From Yuukianura sp. NJ FZ-2021 (Eukaryota), in contig CM102285.1 in NCBI GenBank assembly GCA_046563655.1, positions 9,176,001 to 9,240,000 on the forward strand: a DNA stretch of 64,000 nt, in the 5' to 3' direction. The notes under the pieces were generated by a model. It ran no database searches. It had not been told where the DNA came from and saw only the letters and a list, made by a program, of their open reading frames with translations. Both the position numbers and the translations under genes were made by a program. Positions 1-12,097 of this stretch are shown here, piece after piece; position 1 is the stretch's first letter; each line of letters begins with the position of its first letter.

Positions 1-3000
1 CTAAACAAAAGTGAATAAGAAGCGATGGGAAGGGGGCCCTTGGAGAGTCACCTGTTCCTTAAGGGTGGAAGGGCCCATCTGCCCTTGTTCTTGGAACCGA
101 TTAAGCTGGAATTCATCGGGGATGAACGGGGGAAGATTTGTTTGAGGCAGAATTATAATTCGAAGCCGCGTTGAATCTCCCCTCTGCTTATGAATGATCA
201 ATTTCCGTTGTCCTCTCCACCTGTCTTCGGATCCGCCTTGGTGCTTTCTGCTTACTTTTCTTCAGTTTCACCCTCTGCTTCTTACTTTTATTCAATTTCA
301 AGTATTAGACTTACAACTAAAAACTAAATTTTTGATGAATTTTCAACGAAAGTTTCGAAATCGAAAGCATTGATTTAGTTTTGCCAGACTTCGAAGAATT
401 CAGAAAGAACCAAAGCTTTTTTTTTATCGAGATGATCGCATTACTTTCTCCGGAGAGGACGCCACCATTCCATTGAATTGGCATGGATGTTTAAAATATC
501 TAAAAATCTAACCAAAAGTTAATTAATTGAGCATTGTTCTTTTTTGTTTGCTTTTTAAATGTCTCTGGAGGTCATCCAGAACTCCTGCTTCAATTCCTTT
601 GTTTAAGTTGAGAATGAAAGCGTTGAGCAAATCCCTGTTCCATTGAGTACTCCACCCCATTGAGATAATTGTTTCCTCTGACGATGTTTCATAATTACGC
701 AACTGTTGAATCCTATTGTTAGCTCGTGCCAAAGTTATTAAGCGATCAAGTCATTGAGTTCTGTGTAAGTCGTTGGTTCTAGACGCTGGTGAACTGCTCA
801 AGAAGCGGATGCCTCCACGGTGTCGTGGGCGCGGTGCCTAGCAAAGGGTGAAGAAGATTCAGGTGAAAATCTGCCAACCTGAAAAGTTCACCTGTACTTT
901 CTCACCTCATGGGACACAGCAGAAGGAAATGAAGGTTACAAAAAAAAATGAAATGATAACCTGCACCCTCCGCCACCATCGTTTCGCCCAAACGCTTCAA
1001 AAATTTTGAATTTTGAGGACACACTTGAGGAATTTCGAAATTCTAATTGTTTTCTTCCACTTCCTCCAGCTAGATTTCAACCAACTATGGCCCGGCACGA
1101 GCCAAAAAACACCTTGTCCATTCATTCCTCGTTTGTGAATTAAACGCCATTTCCAAAAATTATGAAACCAACTTGCCATAGCTTCAGTGTTTCATTTTTC
1201 AGTTGAGAATGCTAGATAATCCTAACTTCTGCTAAATTAGGAAAACTGACCTTTGACCTCTTCCAAAATTACAATTTTTTGGATGAATTCAGAGTGGATT
1301 CGGGTGTTGTTGTTTGCGCCAAACATCCGGTCTTTTGTTATCCATGCGCAGTTCATTTTTTCATAAAGAACATGGAGATGCTCAGATTTTTTAAAACCGT
1401 TTGAATAACAATAATTTTCAAAAGCCTCCTATTCAATTCTGGTTGTACAAAGCGCTTTAAATGCATAGCATTTTAAAATCCCACCACCACCTGTTTCTCC
1501 TATTTGATCACCACACCAAAAGCATATCTTCGCATTCCTTCTACCATCAAGATTTATTTCTAATTGTACATTTTTGTGCATTGTGTTTATTTCAAAACCA
1601 TTTTAGAGCGTTTGCATCATAATGGCACAATGCACAGATTTCCTGACCAAGGTCTTTAGAAGTATGAATCATTCATTGTTATGCAATTTGAATCTCTTGA
1701 GAGAGACCTTAGAGATCTGTGATCAAAGAATGTCATTCCAAAGGCATTCCTCGGAGTGATCTTTCAGTCTGAAGTTAGTAAAGTTGTACCGAATTGTGCC
1801 ATATTGTTATGCTGCTGTCAGAAGGAGGTTGGACGTCTATTTTTCCTTTTGTTTACTCACCCAATGTTTGTCTTCCCATTGCCACATGTACTTTGTCATT
1901 CCTCACTTGGACTAATCAGGCACGGGACTATGGAAGTCCCACACCCAATTTTCATTTTAAATTGAGTCCTCACTTCAGTTGGAAATTCAAACTGAAGCAA
2001 GAGCAGGTTCTTTTCAACCTGCCCTGCACAACATGAATATTTTGTGGCCTTGTTGCATGATCCAATGGTATTGATTTCTGGAAGGGAGAGGGAAGGAATT
2101 AGACCTAATGGAACTTTTAGAAAGAGAAAATCCGGTAGGGATTTTGGGCAGAAAGTCAGTGAAAGCCGGAGCTTTCACTTGTTCCGTTCGTCATGTTAAG
2201 GTTAGGTTCAACTAACATGCTGCAACATTTTAGTATTCATGGGATTCAACTTTTCCCTAGGCTTGTGGAGGGGAAACTAAGGATTATGAGGGGGATTTCC
2301 TCAAAATCAAATGCAATCATCCTAATAACTTTCTCTTGTCATCATCAAAACATGAAAAAGAAAATGAGCATTTGTCATTCTTTTGGAACTCCATTGTTTT
2401 CTTTTTGGCAAGTTCTGCGGTGAAAGCAATTTCTGCAAAACCTTAGAAAACCAATACCTGTAAAAAATAATATTAAATTTATGTATTTATTTTTTATGTA
2501 GTTTGGACAGAATAGGCAGTTGCGTCATATTTTTCTGCTGCCTGAGGACTATTTCCAGTGAAAAGACAGAAGGACATTGCCAATTCGTTGACACAGCACT
2601 TCCAGAACTTCCAATTATGAATGAAGCTGTTGGGCAGATGGACTAGGGAATTGGGCAAAGTTCAATGAGGCTTCTGTTTGTCTCTCGTACTGAATTATTC
2701 CAGTTTTGTTGACCTAACTTTCCCAGTGGACATCTCTGTATGGCCTCTCTATTAATTTAATTTGTCTTCTGTAAGAAAAATTCTCAAAACGAGATTTCAT
2801 GAAACAAAAATTGATGCACTTTTGTAAAATGTAGTTTAGTGGCTGCAACAGTCGCTCTTGAGTTAATCAAACCAAAAATTTGAAGCATATTAACAAATGG
2901 GGAGTGCCAGCAGTCAGAACATTAAGAACGCTGAAAATGAGAACGAAGATTCATGTCAATGCTAAATTTAGTAAGCTGCATTTGGAAGTCTTCTTAACGG

Positions 3001-6000
3001 CCGGCCTGAAACATGGTCGATTGAAAAGCACCCGAATTTTGTGAATATCCAGCGGTCATTTCGTTTTGATCAGATTTTGTTTTGTGACATAAAATCCGTT
3101 TACTACAATTCAAAATAACATTCATTTAAAAGACACCGAACTCCAGTTTTCAATTACTTAAGTGGCTTGGTTTACGTTGAAGTTTGCGTTAGAGAAAGTT
3201 ATTGACTTTCTCCATTTTGAGACCCGAATGCTAGAAAACCTGATTGTGATCTTCTGAGCAGCCGTGGAGAACCACGCCCTTCAGCATTCAGTGGAGAAGC
3301 TACCGTTATGCTTTCACTCGCTATCGATCCAGAAGTCCTTCAAAATTACTTCTGCTTGCACAACTTGTAGTCATAAAGTCACGTAACGCACTGGAAATTC
3401 TTCATTTCCTTTTACCCTGCCTTCAAAATCAAAAAGAATCAAGAATCAAATGCATCATCAAGCACGTTCTACTCATGCTGTAGTATCCAAAAGTTCAATA
3501 TAAGTTCCCGTGTCTGTCAAATATTTTCTACGCTTTTCATATGTTAGAACAAGCCTTTAACTCTTGTGAGATGAAATCGCTCAGTTGATTTGAAAGGGAG
3601 AAAGCTAGAAAGGAATTTATGGCACTCAAGCACGTGCGAGCACCAACTTCAATCCTTGTCAATTCTCATAATTGTAAAAATCCCATTGAAATGAAATGGG
3701 TTTGTGTCATTTTGAGTGGGTAGAGCAATATTTCAGGGTTTCATGGAGTGAAAGTAGGAGAAAGTACGCACACCCTCCCTCTCTGACCCTGGACCACTGT
3801 AGTACTCTTATAGTAGTAAGGGGGAACGTAATCAAATTCCGGACGCTTCTAATGAAATGCTTTCAATGCATGAGTCCAACCCTACTCTCCTTCCCCCAGA
3901 TTCCAATCTTCTGGATGAGCCTTGATTTGAACAAAACTTTTATTAGGAAAAATAGTTTCGTTCCGAACCCAGGCTGACGTCAGTGCTGCAGCTCCAATGT
4001 CGCTGGTCGTAGCAAACCAAGAAGAGACAGATGCATTGTAAATGAAAAGCTAAATCCAATTGAGTCAATTTCTGGATGGGGAAAGTGACGGAGCACCTGT
4101 CTTATTAAGTTAGAAGAATTCCCATAAAACAACAACTAATGAATTCGACTAACAAATGTGACATGTTCCAAGTCGAGCAAGCTCTAAGTGCCTAGGTCGT
4201 AAAACTTCAAAGTTCCATTAGTCTGGACAGTGTTTCGAATAAGCGATTTTCAATCTGTCAGAGAAAGTTGCAAAAAGCAGAACCTTTTTAAAAAAGCTTT
4301 CCTCTTTTCCTTTCTAAATTTTTGAACTGATATTGGCATTCTAATTAAAGCAACTATGCAAAGGCTGAGAGAAGTACTAGGCATGTTTTTCAGTTTGGAG
4401 GTCCCTTGTTCTCAAAAATGAAAATCAATATCACATTTTAAGAATTCAGCTCGAAGTTGATTATCTGTACGAACAAAATCGATTGCCTACCTTGTATCTG
4501 CAGTAATCAATAACAAATTCAATTTACACAACTGCTAAACTCTGAGTAACTTTATCACAGGATTTCCAAAATACAAATAGAAAACGTTTTGAAAAAGCCA
4601 TTTTCAAGTTCGACAATTTTTAATTTCTGAAATTTTCTCTTTGAAAACAGCCATGAGAACGAGACAGGTTGAGAATTTAAAGAAAAGGGTGAGAGCCCTT
4701 GGAGTTACCTCACAACTGAAACGACCTGTATTCACCTAGGCCTTGTGATCTTCCCACAGGAGATCTGACAATCCTGCCTATTATCCTAATTGAAGTTTTG
4801 GAACTGATCTGGCATCATCATTCAAAAGTCTATGCACCTGCCCATGCATCTCACCCTGATTCACTAAAAAACTGACAGAGAAAAGAAGATGATCAAGCAG
4901 AAAATGAGAATCCCTTCGTTTTCAAGTCCCAATTAATTGTTACCCTTCAAGGGCTCACCTCTCACAGTAACCTGAATCTCGGAAAATGAAATGACAAAAT
5001 CTAATCGAAAAATTGTTCAAAACGGCCAAAGTTTCCCAACCCCCAATTGTTAACTCTCTAGAAGTTTTTGAAATTGATTATAAGAAAGTGTAAGGGTTAG
5101 GGTAGGGGTAGCCTTGGAATTTTGAATTCCCATTACAAAACTTTCCAAAAAGTGACTTTTACACAAAGCAACCCATTTTAAAAAAGAATCAGGAACAGAG
5201 TACATACTTTGGCCCTTAAAGTGACTTGAAGGGGGTAGTTTTGTGTAAGTGATGATGATGAATTATGGATCGAATTCTAATGACAGATGGACTTAAGGTA
5301 CCTCTCCCAGGGCTACCCAATTGTCAACTGTACTTTCTGTACTAAGGGACCACATGGACTTCAGGAACTTCAATTCCCTTAGCATCACACATGTTCAGTG
5401 GGGAGTTACGCATTTGCTTACTTTAAGGTATTGCGTAATAGTGAATCAAAATTCCGTTTAAAAAAATACCAGTTCTAACCGATTTCAAAAATTTATTGTT
5501 AAAGTTACAGCTTCTACAATCCAGCGTATTCCGATGTCCAGAGAAAGCATTTCGATTTTCGAAACAAAAATTCAAAGCTTGGCATTGTTCAGATTTGTCC
5601 ATCGCGAGACATTTGTTTTTAGATTGCAGCGTTCAAAAATTGAAAACGATTTTGCGGTGTTGTTAAACTTTGAAAACCTGAAGTTTTTGCCTCTTGTTAC
5701 ACGTTCGAATTTTTGAAAATTTCGAACGAATGTTAAAAATTTTGAACCAAAGTGATTGAAAACAAGTGCTGCCAGACCGAACTTGACAGTGACAGTTGGT
5801 ACTTGTGAGGCTAATTTTGGTAAAAGTCATATAAATAATTTAAGGCCTTCTGCTGCTACAGATGTGGATTTTATTTCAAAAAGTACAGAGAAATGACAGA
5901 TTGAGGTTGTTTTGGCTTCCGAAATTTACATTGCGCTTTGGAACAGCAGCAGCAGAAGGTAAATTTTGAAATGAAATTAAGAACTTAAATCCTCAATTAA

Positions 6001-9000
6001 TGAAAACAGAAAGAAATAGACCTGATTTGAACTCTGCTTTCTGTTCGGTTGTCGTTTACTGTGAAGCACCATTTTGCAACTTAACTTGTGTTTCTCCTGC
6101 TCAATGGGCAGATGTAGAATTTTATAAATTCAGCGCAGATGCACTTTTAGATTCATTGAAACTGTATGGCTTTACTAATGTTGAAGCGTTTTTCCAGTGC
6201 ATGGGACAGCAGTTGTCATCGAGAACAATTGTCATTTGTTGTAAACCTACAGATTGACTCCCCTCCCCCTTCAATTGGTCTAAACTTCGTTTGAAGGCTA
6301 CTCGGGAGCCCTTTAGTACACATAATCTTCCAAATTAAAGTCTCACATGTCCATCCTCCATGGTGACCTCTATGACCTCCCGTGCTTAAAACTGCAGCCA
6401 ATTTTCAACTGTAGAACATCCATTCGTTTCCTACTTTCATCACACTTTTGTGACAAATGTTTTTGTGTCACTCCCGTTACCTCACTCCACGCTACTTTTC
6501 ACTCGGCTGCTTTCAAAATTTCCAAAAGTCTAATTTTTCAGAATTTAAAATTAATGAACACTATTTCAGTATGGGAAAATGCGGGAAGTTGTGGCCTGTT
6601 CGTGTCATGTCATGTCAAAGCGGTGTCATAATAATACATGGGTAGAGGAAGGAGGTCCAACTCCTTGCCTTTCTCGTTCAAATGAAAGGCAAGAAGGTGA
6701 AGTGGCTCTTTGTGTAAGAGGCTCTGAATGACTGGGTGGAATAAATCGAAGGGAAAAGTTCATGGAATATTTAAGGGCGCAAGGAATTGAAGAGTGGAGC
6801 ATATCCAGGGATGGACTTGAATTGTTGATTGACCTGCCACATTCACTTAAGTGCTTTCTTTGGAACTTGGGGAAAGGGAGAAAGTCCAGACAGGGTATCA
6901 TGACACGAAAGGACTTTAATTTTTAATCCGGATCCGCTAACTTTCTCTTCTATTTTTATATTTTTTCTCATTATTAGTAGAAAACATACATGTTAGTTCC
7001 TAGTAATTACAATTTTCTGCGAAACAAAGGTGCTACAAAAAAACAAACATCAAAAACCTTCACCCCCTGCCTGGAAAGATGGACGATGCTTAGTTTGGCA
7101 CTTCACATGCAGAGACACTTTCGCAACTTCAAAAGTTGTTGTTGTGTTTTCTGGCGACAGAAAGTTGAAAGAAGTGGCGTCGAAATGTAACGTTTGACTT
7201 ATGGCTTCTTCTTTCGAAGAGTTTCTAAGAAAATTGAATATTGAAATTGAAAAGTCAAATTCGTGAATCCTTTTGTACTAAAGCAAGGAAATCACATCAG
7301 AACCATCTGTAGGCAAAGGAAAACGGAAATGGTGGGTCAAAGGTCACAGGGTTACGTAATTTTGAAAATCATGAGCCAGCATATACATTGTGCACGACAA
7401 GCTCATGAATTTGAATCCATTTTGTACCGGCTGTATGGCAACAGATTGTGAAACAGAATTAATGAACCCCCGCCTGAATTGAATCTCAGGTTTCGAACTC
7501 ACGATTTTCCAAAGGTTTCCTGACATTTAGAACAGCATTGAACTGCCACGTTTTCAAATTTTGTAGCCAGTATACTTTACGTTTTGGATCAAAAGGGGAC
7601 AGTTAATTAGAACGGATCAGAGAAAGTAACGTGATCAAGGGATTCGAAAGTAATGAGCATGGGAGGGGGTCGTCTTCATTAAGGGACTTGGAGAGGCCCC
7701 TTAAGTCCCTTTGGCTCTGGCTTCATTTATGATGACCCGCGGTTGTCCTGGAGAGCAAGTGACTGGGGTGGGTGAGGTCGCGTGGCTTCGGTGGGGCCGG
7801 AAGACTTTTATTTGAAATGGGTCACGTGCTGAGACGCCGTGCTTGTCCAGCTGACTTTCCGTCTAAAAGCTTTCTCTCCGCGTTCATAATTTCCCATTTC
7901 CCGGAGAATCCGCTTTCTCCCCAACAAACGTCTTGTATGGCTTTAGCATTTTGTTGCTTTTGGAATAATGAAAGGCAAATCCATGACTCAGGGGCTGGAA
8001 ATGCTGTGCTCAGCACGTGCCGGACTTCCGATCCGACCAACTCCCGCAAATCTACTGGCGGCTACTGCCTCAGAAATTAAATGGAGACAACGCCGTTCCG
8101 ACTAAAAGGAACATTGTGAACACTTGGACCGACTGAAGCTTACTTAATGAAATGAAACCTGAAAACATCATTAGATTCTGTTGTTCGACGAATTTAAAAA
8201 TTCTACACAAACTAAATTGCCAAACGCAAGTTTGAAATAAGTAATCGCAGCTTTACGCCTTTTACTGAATTTCTATTTCGAATCATGTTAAAAACCATTC
8301 GAAACCAGTTTTTAGCTGAGGATTCAATTTTCTGTTTTGTTTTTTGAGTTTTTGTGAAACAGGAAACAGAAATGGCTGCCGCTATTTTAAAGCTTCTTTG
8401 GCGTGATACGGAGGAGAAAGCAGAAAGTGGGCGGAGTTGTGGAGAAAGCAGCGTAGAAAATCGATAAGGCAATGAGCCAAAGCCCTACCGCATATTCTCA
8501 CTCCCCCTCCTTCCATTTCATCTTCCGAGACAACCGAGTCCACCCCGCCCCCACTTTCACTCTGCTCCCTCCCCACTGTTACGCTCAATCCCTAGGCTTC
8601 CAGGCACATCAAAAGTCAACAGTTCGAAGTACTTGACTGAAATGGAACTTCGTTGCTACAACCCCGAACTCCCCTCCCGCCGTTTCCTCCGAACATCCAT
8701 TTTCCCCGACACAGAAAGAACCGAAACCGGAAACGTCTCCAGGGAAATGAAAGTGAACGAACGGTCGCCTTAATCTCGACATAGGGTCGCCCAATTCCCC
8801 GAACAGGGGGAAACTGTCAGGAGAATGCTTCTACTGCCGAGGACGTCTGTTATGCAATATACTTGTTATGCTGGAAGCTCCGACGAAGAGATCAGATCAC
8901 AGTATGAAATTGTACTCTGCAACAAATGTTTAGGCTGTCGTGGTTCGGAGAAAAAGCAAGCAGAGGAGGAGAAAATCAATAAGAATCCGAAGAAGAGACC

Positions 9001-10342
9001 GAAAAATTTTGACGAAATTTCTCTGAAATTTGTGACAAGTTATTTCGGGTGTCAAATTTTGAGGGAGCCTTTCCGCTGGAAGCTGAGAGGAGCCCTTGGA
9101 ATCTTTGTGGCCTGCTAATGAGCATTAGACACACATGTACACTTAGCAAGTTTTCAAGTGCTGGCACCTGCAAGGGCCAAGTAAGTCGCCTTGGAAGAGA
9201 CAGCCGAAATCAGGCGAGACCGCAGACCATTACCGCAGTGCTTTGCCTCCTCATCATCCAGTAGTCTCCCCAGTACTTTTTCAAATAGTGACAAATCTTG
9301 TCTCAGTCGGCACCCTCAGCTTCCCCTCTCTTCTTCCTTTCGGTTGAGGCCAGCCGTGTGTGGCTTTTGCTTATTTTTAAAACAGCTTCTGTTCACTTCT
9401 GCCTCTCACAGAATAAAAAATTAGTCAACTCGTACACATGTTCACAGGGAGTTTGGGATCATGGCAGAGGGAGTATATTTTTGAATAGCCCTTGAAAAAA
9501 TACTGAACTGTCCGGAAGAGTGAAAGCGGAAACAAAGCCAACTTGGAGGATTTGAAGCATTTAATTTGCTCTAATGGGATGTTTTTCTAAAAATCTAAAC
9601 TAAAGTCGGAGAGTGAAAGTCGGATGTCAGATGGCTGAGATTAGAATCGGAAGAAGGGGAGATTTGTATTCAGTTCCGGGGCATTTGGATTTCTGTTGCT
9701 TGCCATTTTCTGGATGAATCAGATGAACATGGGATGAGTATTCATGACTATTGACTTTCCCATGGCCACGAATCCTCCCTTCTTGGTTGGATTTACTCCA
9801 TCATCCGCAAACAAGTGAAAGTGAAACAAACTTTTCAGAGGACAAGAGAAAGCAAAAAGTTCTAAAAGCAGAATACATTAACATTTTTTTCCAAAATTTT
9901 CAGAGTCAATCCTTACTGAAAAGTGTTTGGAGGTGCTGATTTCTCTTGGAATTTGAATTTTATGTACTTTTTTGAATACTTACTTTGTGTTTTTGTATGT
10001 TTATATTTTAATATGTTGAAGGATGATGTGCAAGTAGGAATGTGAGATGGCTGGGAGTGGAAGCTAATATTTTTGCAGGTGGAGAGACGAATGATGTTGA
10101 AATTGTTTGAGAAGGGAGTTTGTCTAACTGATTTGAAGGAAGGACTAATGTACTTTGTCCCTCATGTGTAAACACACTTGATCCTAAGGAATTCATGTCC
10201 AAAGACGCAGGAAGCAGCAGGTGATGAGGCAATACTGCCCAAAATTCACCTGACTCTGTTTGAACAAGGTTTTATTTAAACAACAATTTTAAATCTAATG
10301 TTTGTTTCGTAGAATGTATTTGATCAGTTTGGCAGAACAGGC

Positions 10343-12097
10343 TCAGTCACAGACCATGTCGTCTCTGATTTCCGCAAGAAGGTGTTGAGTCCCAGCGTCC
10401 AGTTCTTGCAACACAACATTTCAACAGAATTTTCAATTACAATTTTTAAAAGACCAAAATTTTGACTTTGAATTCATAATTTTTGAAATTTGAAGAATCT
10501 CGTATTTACGGATTTTTCCGGTTTCCTCTTCGCATTCTAACACTTCCGAGTACGCAGTGTCCTTCCGCTCAATGTTGACCAGTACTTTGAGATCTGTTTG
10601 AACAAAAATTCAAAAGAAATTATCAAAAAGAATCCGAAGAACGCAAACACATAAAGCGTTAAAAAGCTAACCACAAACAAAGCTTTTTCCCATTTCCAGA
10701 AATTGTTTCAAATCTGCATCCGAAATAGAGAAGCAGTGTCCGCTAGCAGCAATTTGCTCTTCTTTAATTCGGACAGAATAAACTGGATATTCCCCAGTCA
10801 TTGATCTTCCATCTTTGTAAAACTGAATCCTCGACTGGTAGAATTTTGCTTCATCTGGATCTGCCAGTAACCAAACCCAGGCGAACCAATGTCCTGGTGA
10901 CTTTCTATTTAGCATGAAAAAGAAGTCATGGGAAAATGCCTGGATCCACTTTGGAATCCAATTGTAAGTGAAAGTTGCGTTATGCTTCCACTCAGGACGT
11001 GGTTTCAGTTCACTAGTTTCCAGAATGATTGTCGAAAGGAGTTGCGCTGAACGTACTGGCCAAAGTGGATGATGCTTCTTCAGATGATGTTTCAGCGAAT
11101 CGTAGTTGGGGAACCAACGACGACAAACACCAAAAAGACATTCCACTGGAATCGACTGAGCAAACTCCCGTTCAGAATTTTCAAGTATATTTTCTAGCTC
11201 TGAAAATCGTACAAACTCAGCTTATTGTCTGTGAATGTATTTTACGAATTTAGACCTTGTGCTTTTCGGTTAATTTTACCGAGACTGGAACATCCAAAAT
11301 CCCCCGAACACGCATCGAGACTTTGATTTGAGAGTGGCGGATTGGATGGATTGACCTCAATTTCTACCGTGACCTTGACAGCAAGTTCGTAATCCTGATC
11401 ATTAGAATCTCCTATAAGATTTTTCATGGTTGCGTCGGTGACATGGAAGCTGCTTTTGTCCTCGATAGATTCTGCATCCCATCCACGAAGCCTGTACGAC
11501 CGAACGGGATACTTCCCAGACAGAACATCTTTTCCTTTGACGAATCGGATATTGGCAAAAAAGCAGTTTTCATCTTGAGCGTTTCCAAGAATCCAGACCC
11601 AAGCATACCAATCTCCTTGAGCTTTCCGGGTGACCATGAAAACGAAGTCTTTATCAAAGGCATGGATAAATTTTGGTGACCAATCAGTATCTTCGAAGCC
11701 AATGTCACTACTGTTGAGGATGAATGATGTAGTGATGCAAGGAGTTCCGGAAGGACGCCAATGGTCGAAGTGGTCGAGGAGTAAGTGATGCTGAAGTTGG
11801 TGATAGGGAATACACTCTGTGCAAATCCCGATCAAAGGGCAAGGGACTTCGGTTGAAGCCTTCCACTTTGGAATTGGACCTACTTTAAAACAGTTTATGA
11901 TTTTTTTGGAGAAAGTATTTCTTAATAAGTTAATAGTAAAATTGGCACTCGCGTTTGATCATTTTACGATACTCAGTTGCATCAACGATTTCTCCATTGC
12001 TTGTCTTTTCGTTGACGCTGATATCATCCGGTTTTGTCTGAGCTGTGGCGCAGACTGGTGGCGGGCCTCCAAAAATTCTACGAAGGAAACTGATCAT
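10343..12097 (-). CDS. RING-less Siah/Sina-like protein with two tandem (zinc finger + TRAF-like substrate-binding domain) modules, ~470 aa, 5 exons
   Basis: Exons 12097-11953, 11882(or 11879)-11280, 11199-10672, 10593-10510 and 10404-10343 join in phase. Two C-x4-C-x12-H-x4-H fingers (CPLIGICTECIPYHQLQHHLLLDH; CLFGVCRRWFPNYDSLKHHLKKHH). Each is followed by a W-x-PK-x-I-x-AF..F.FM..RK..G.W.AWVW.L segment that aligns by eye to the Siah substrate-binding domain. AATAAA on the minus strand at 10271-10276. The first and last exons are less certain. Confidence 0.75.

Noticed and set aside
1..10300. Short ORFs (60-102 aa) in the ORF track here and across 20-38 kb
   Set aside because: No recognisable domains, many non-ATG starts, and no consistent exon chains. 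Consistent with chance ORFs in non-coding DNA.
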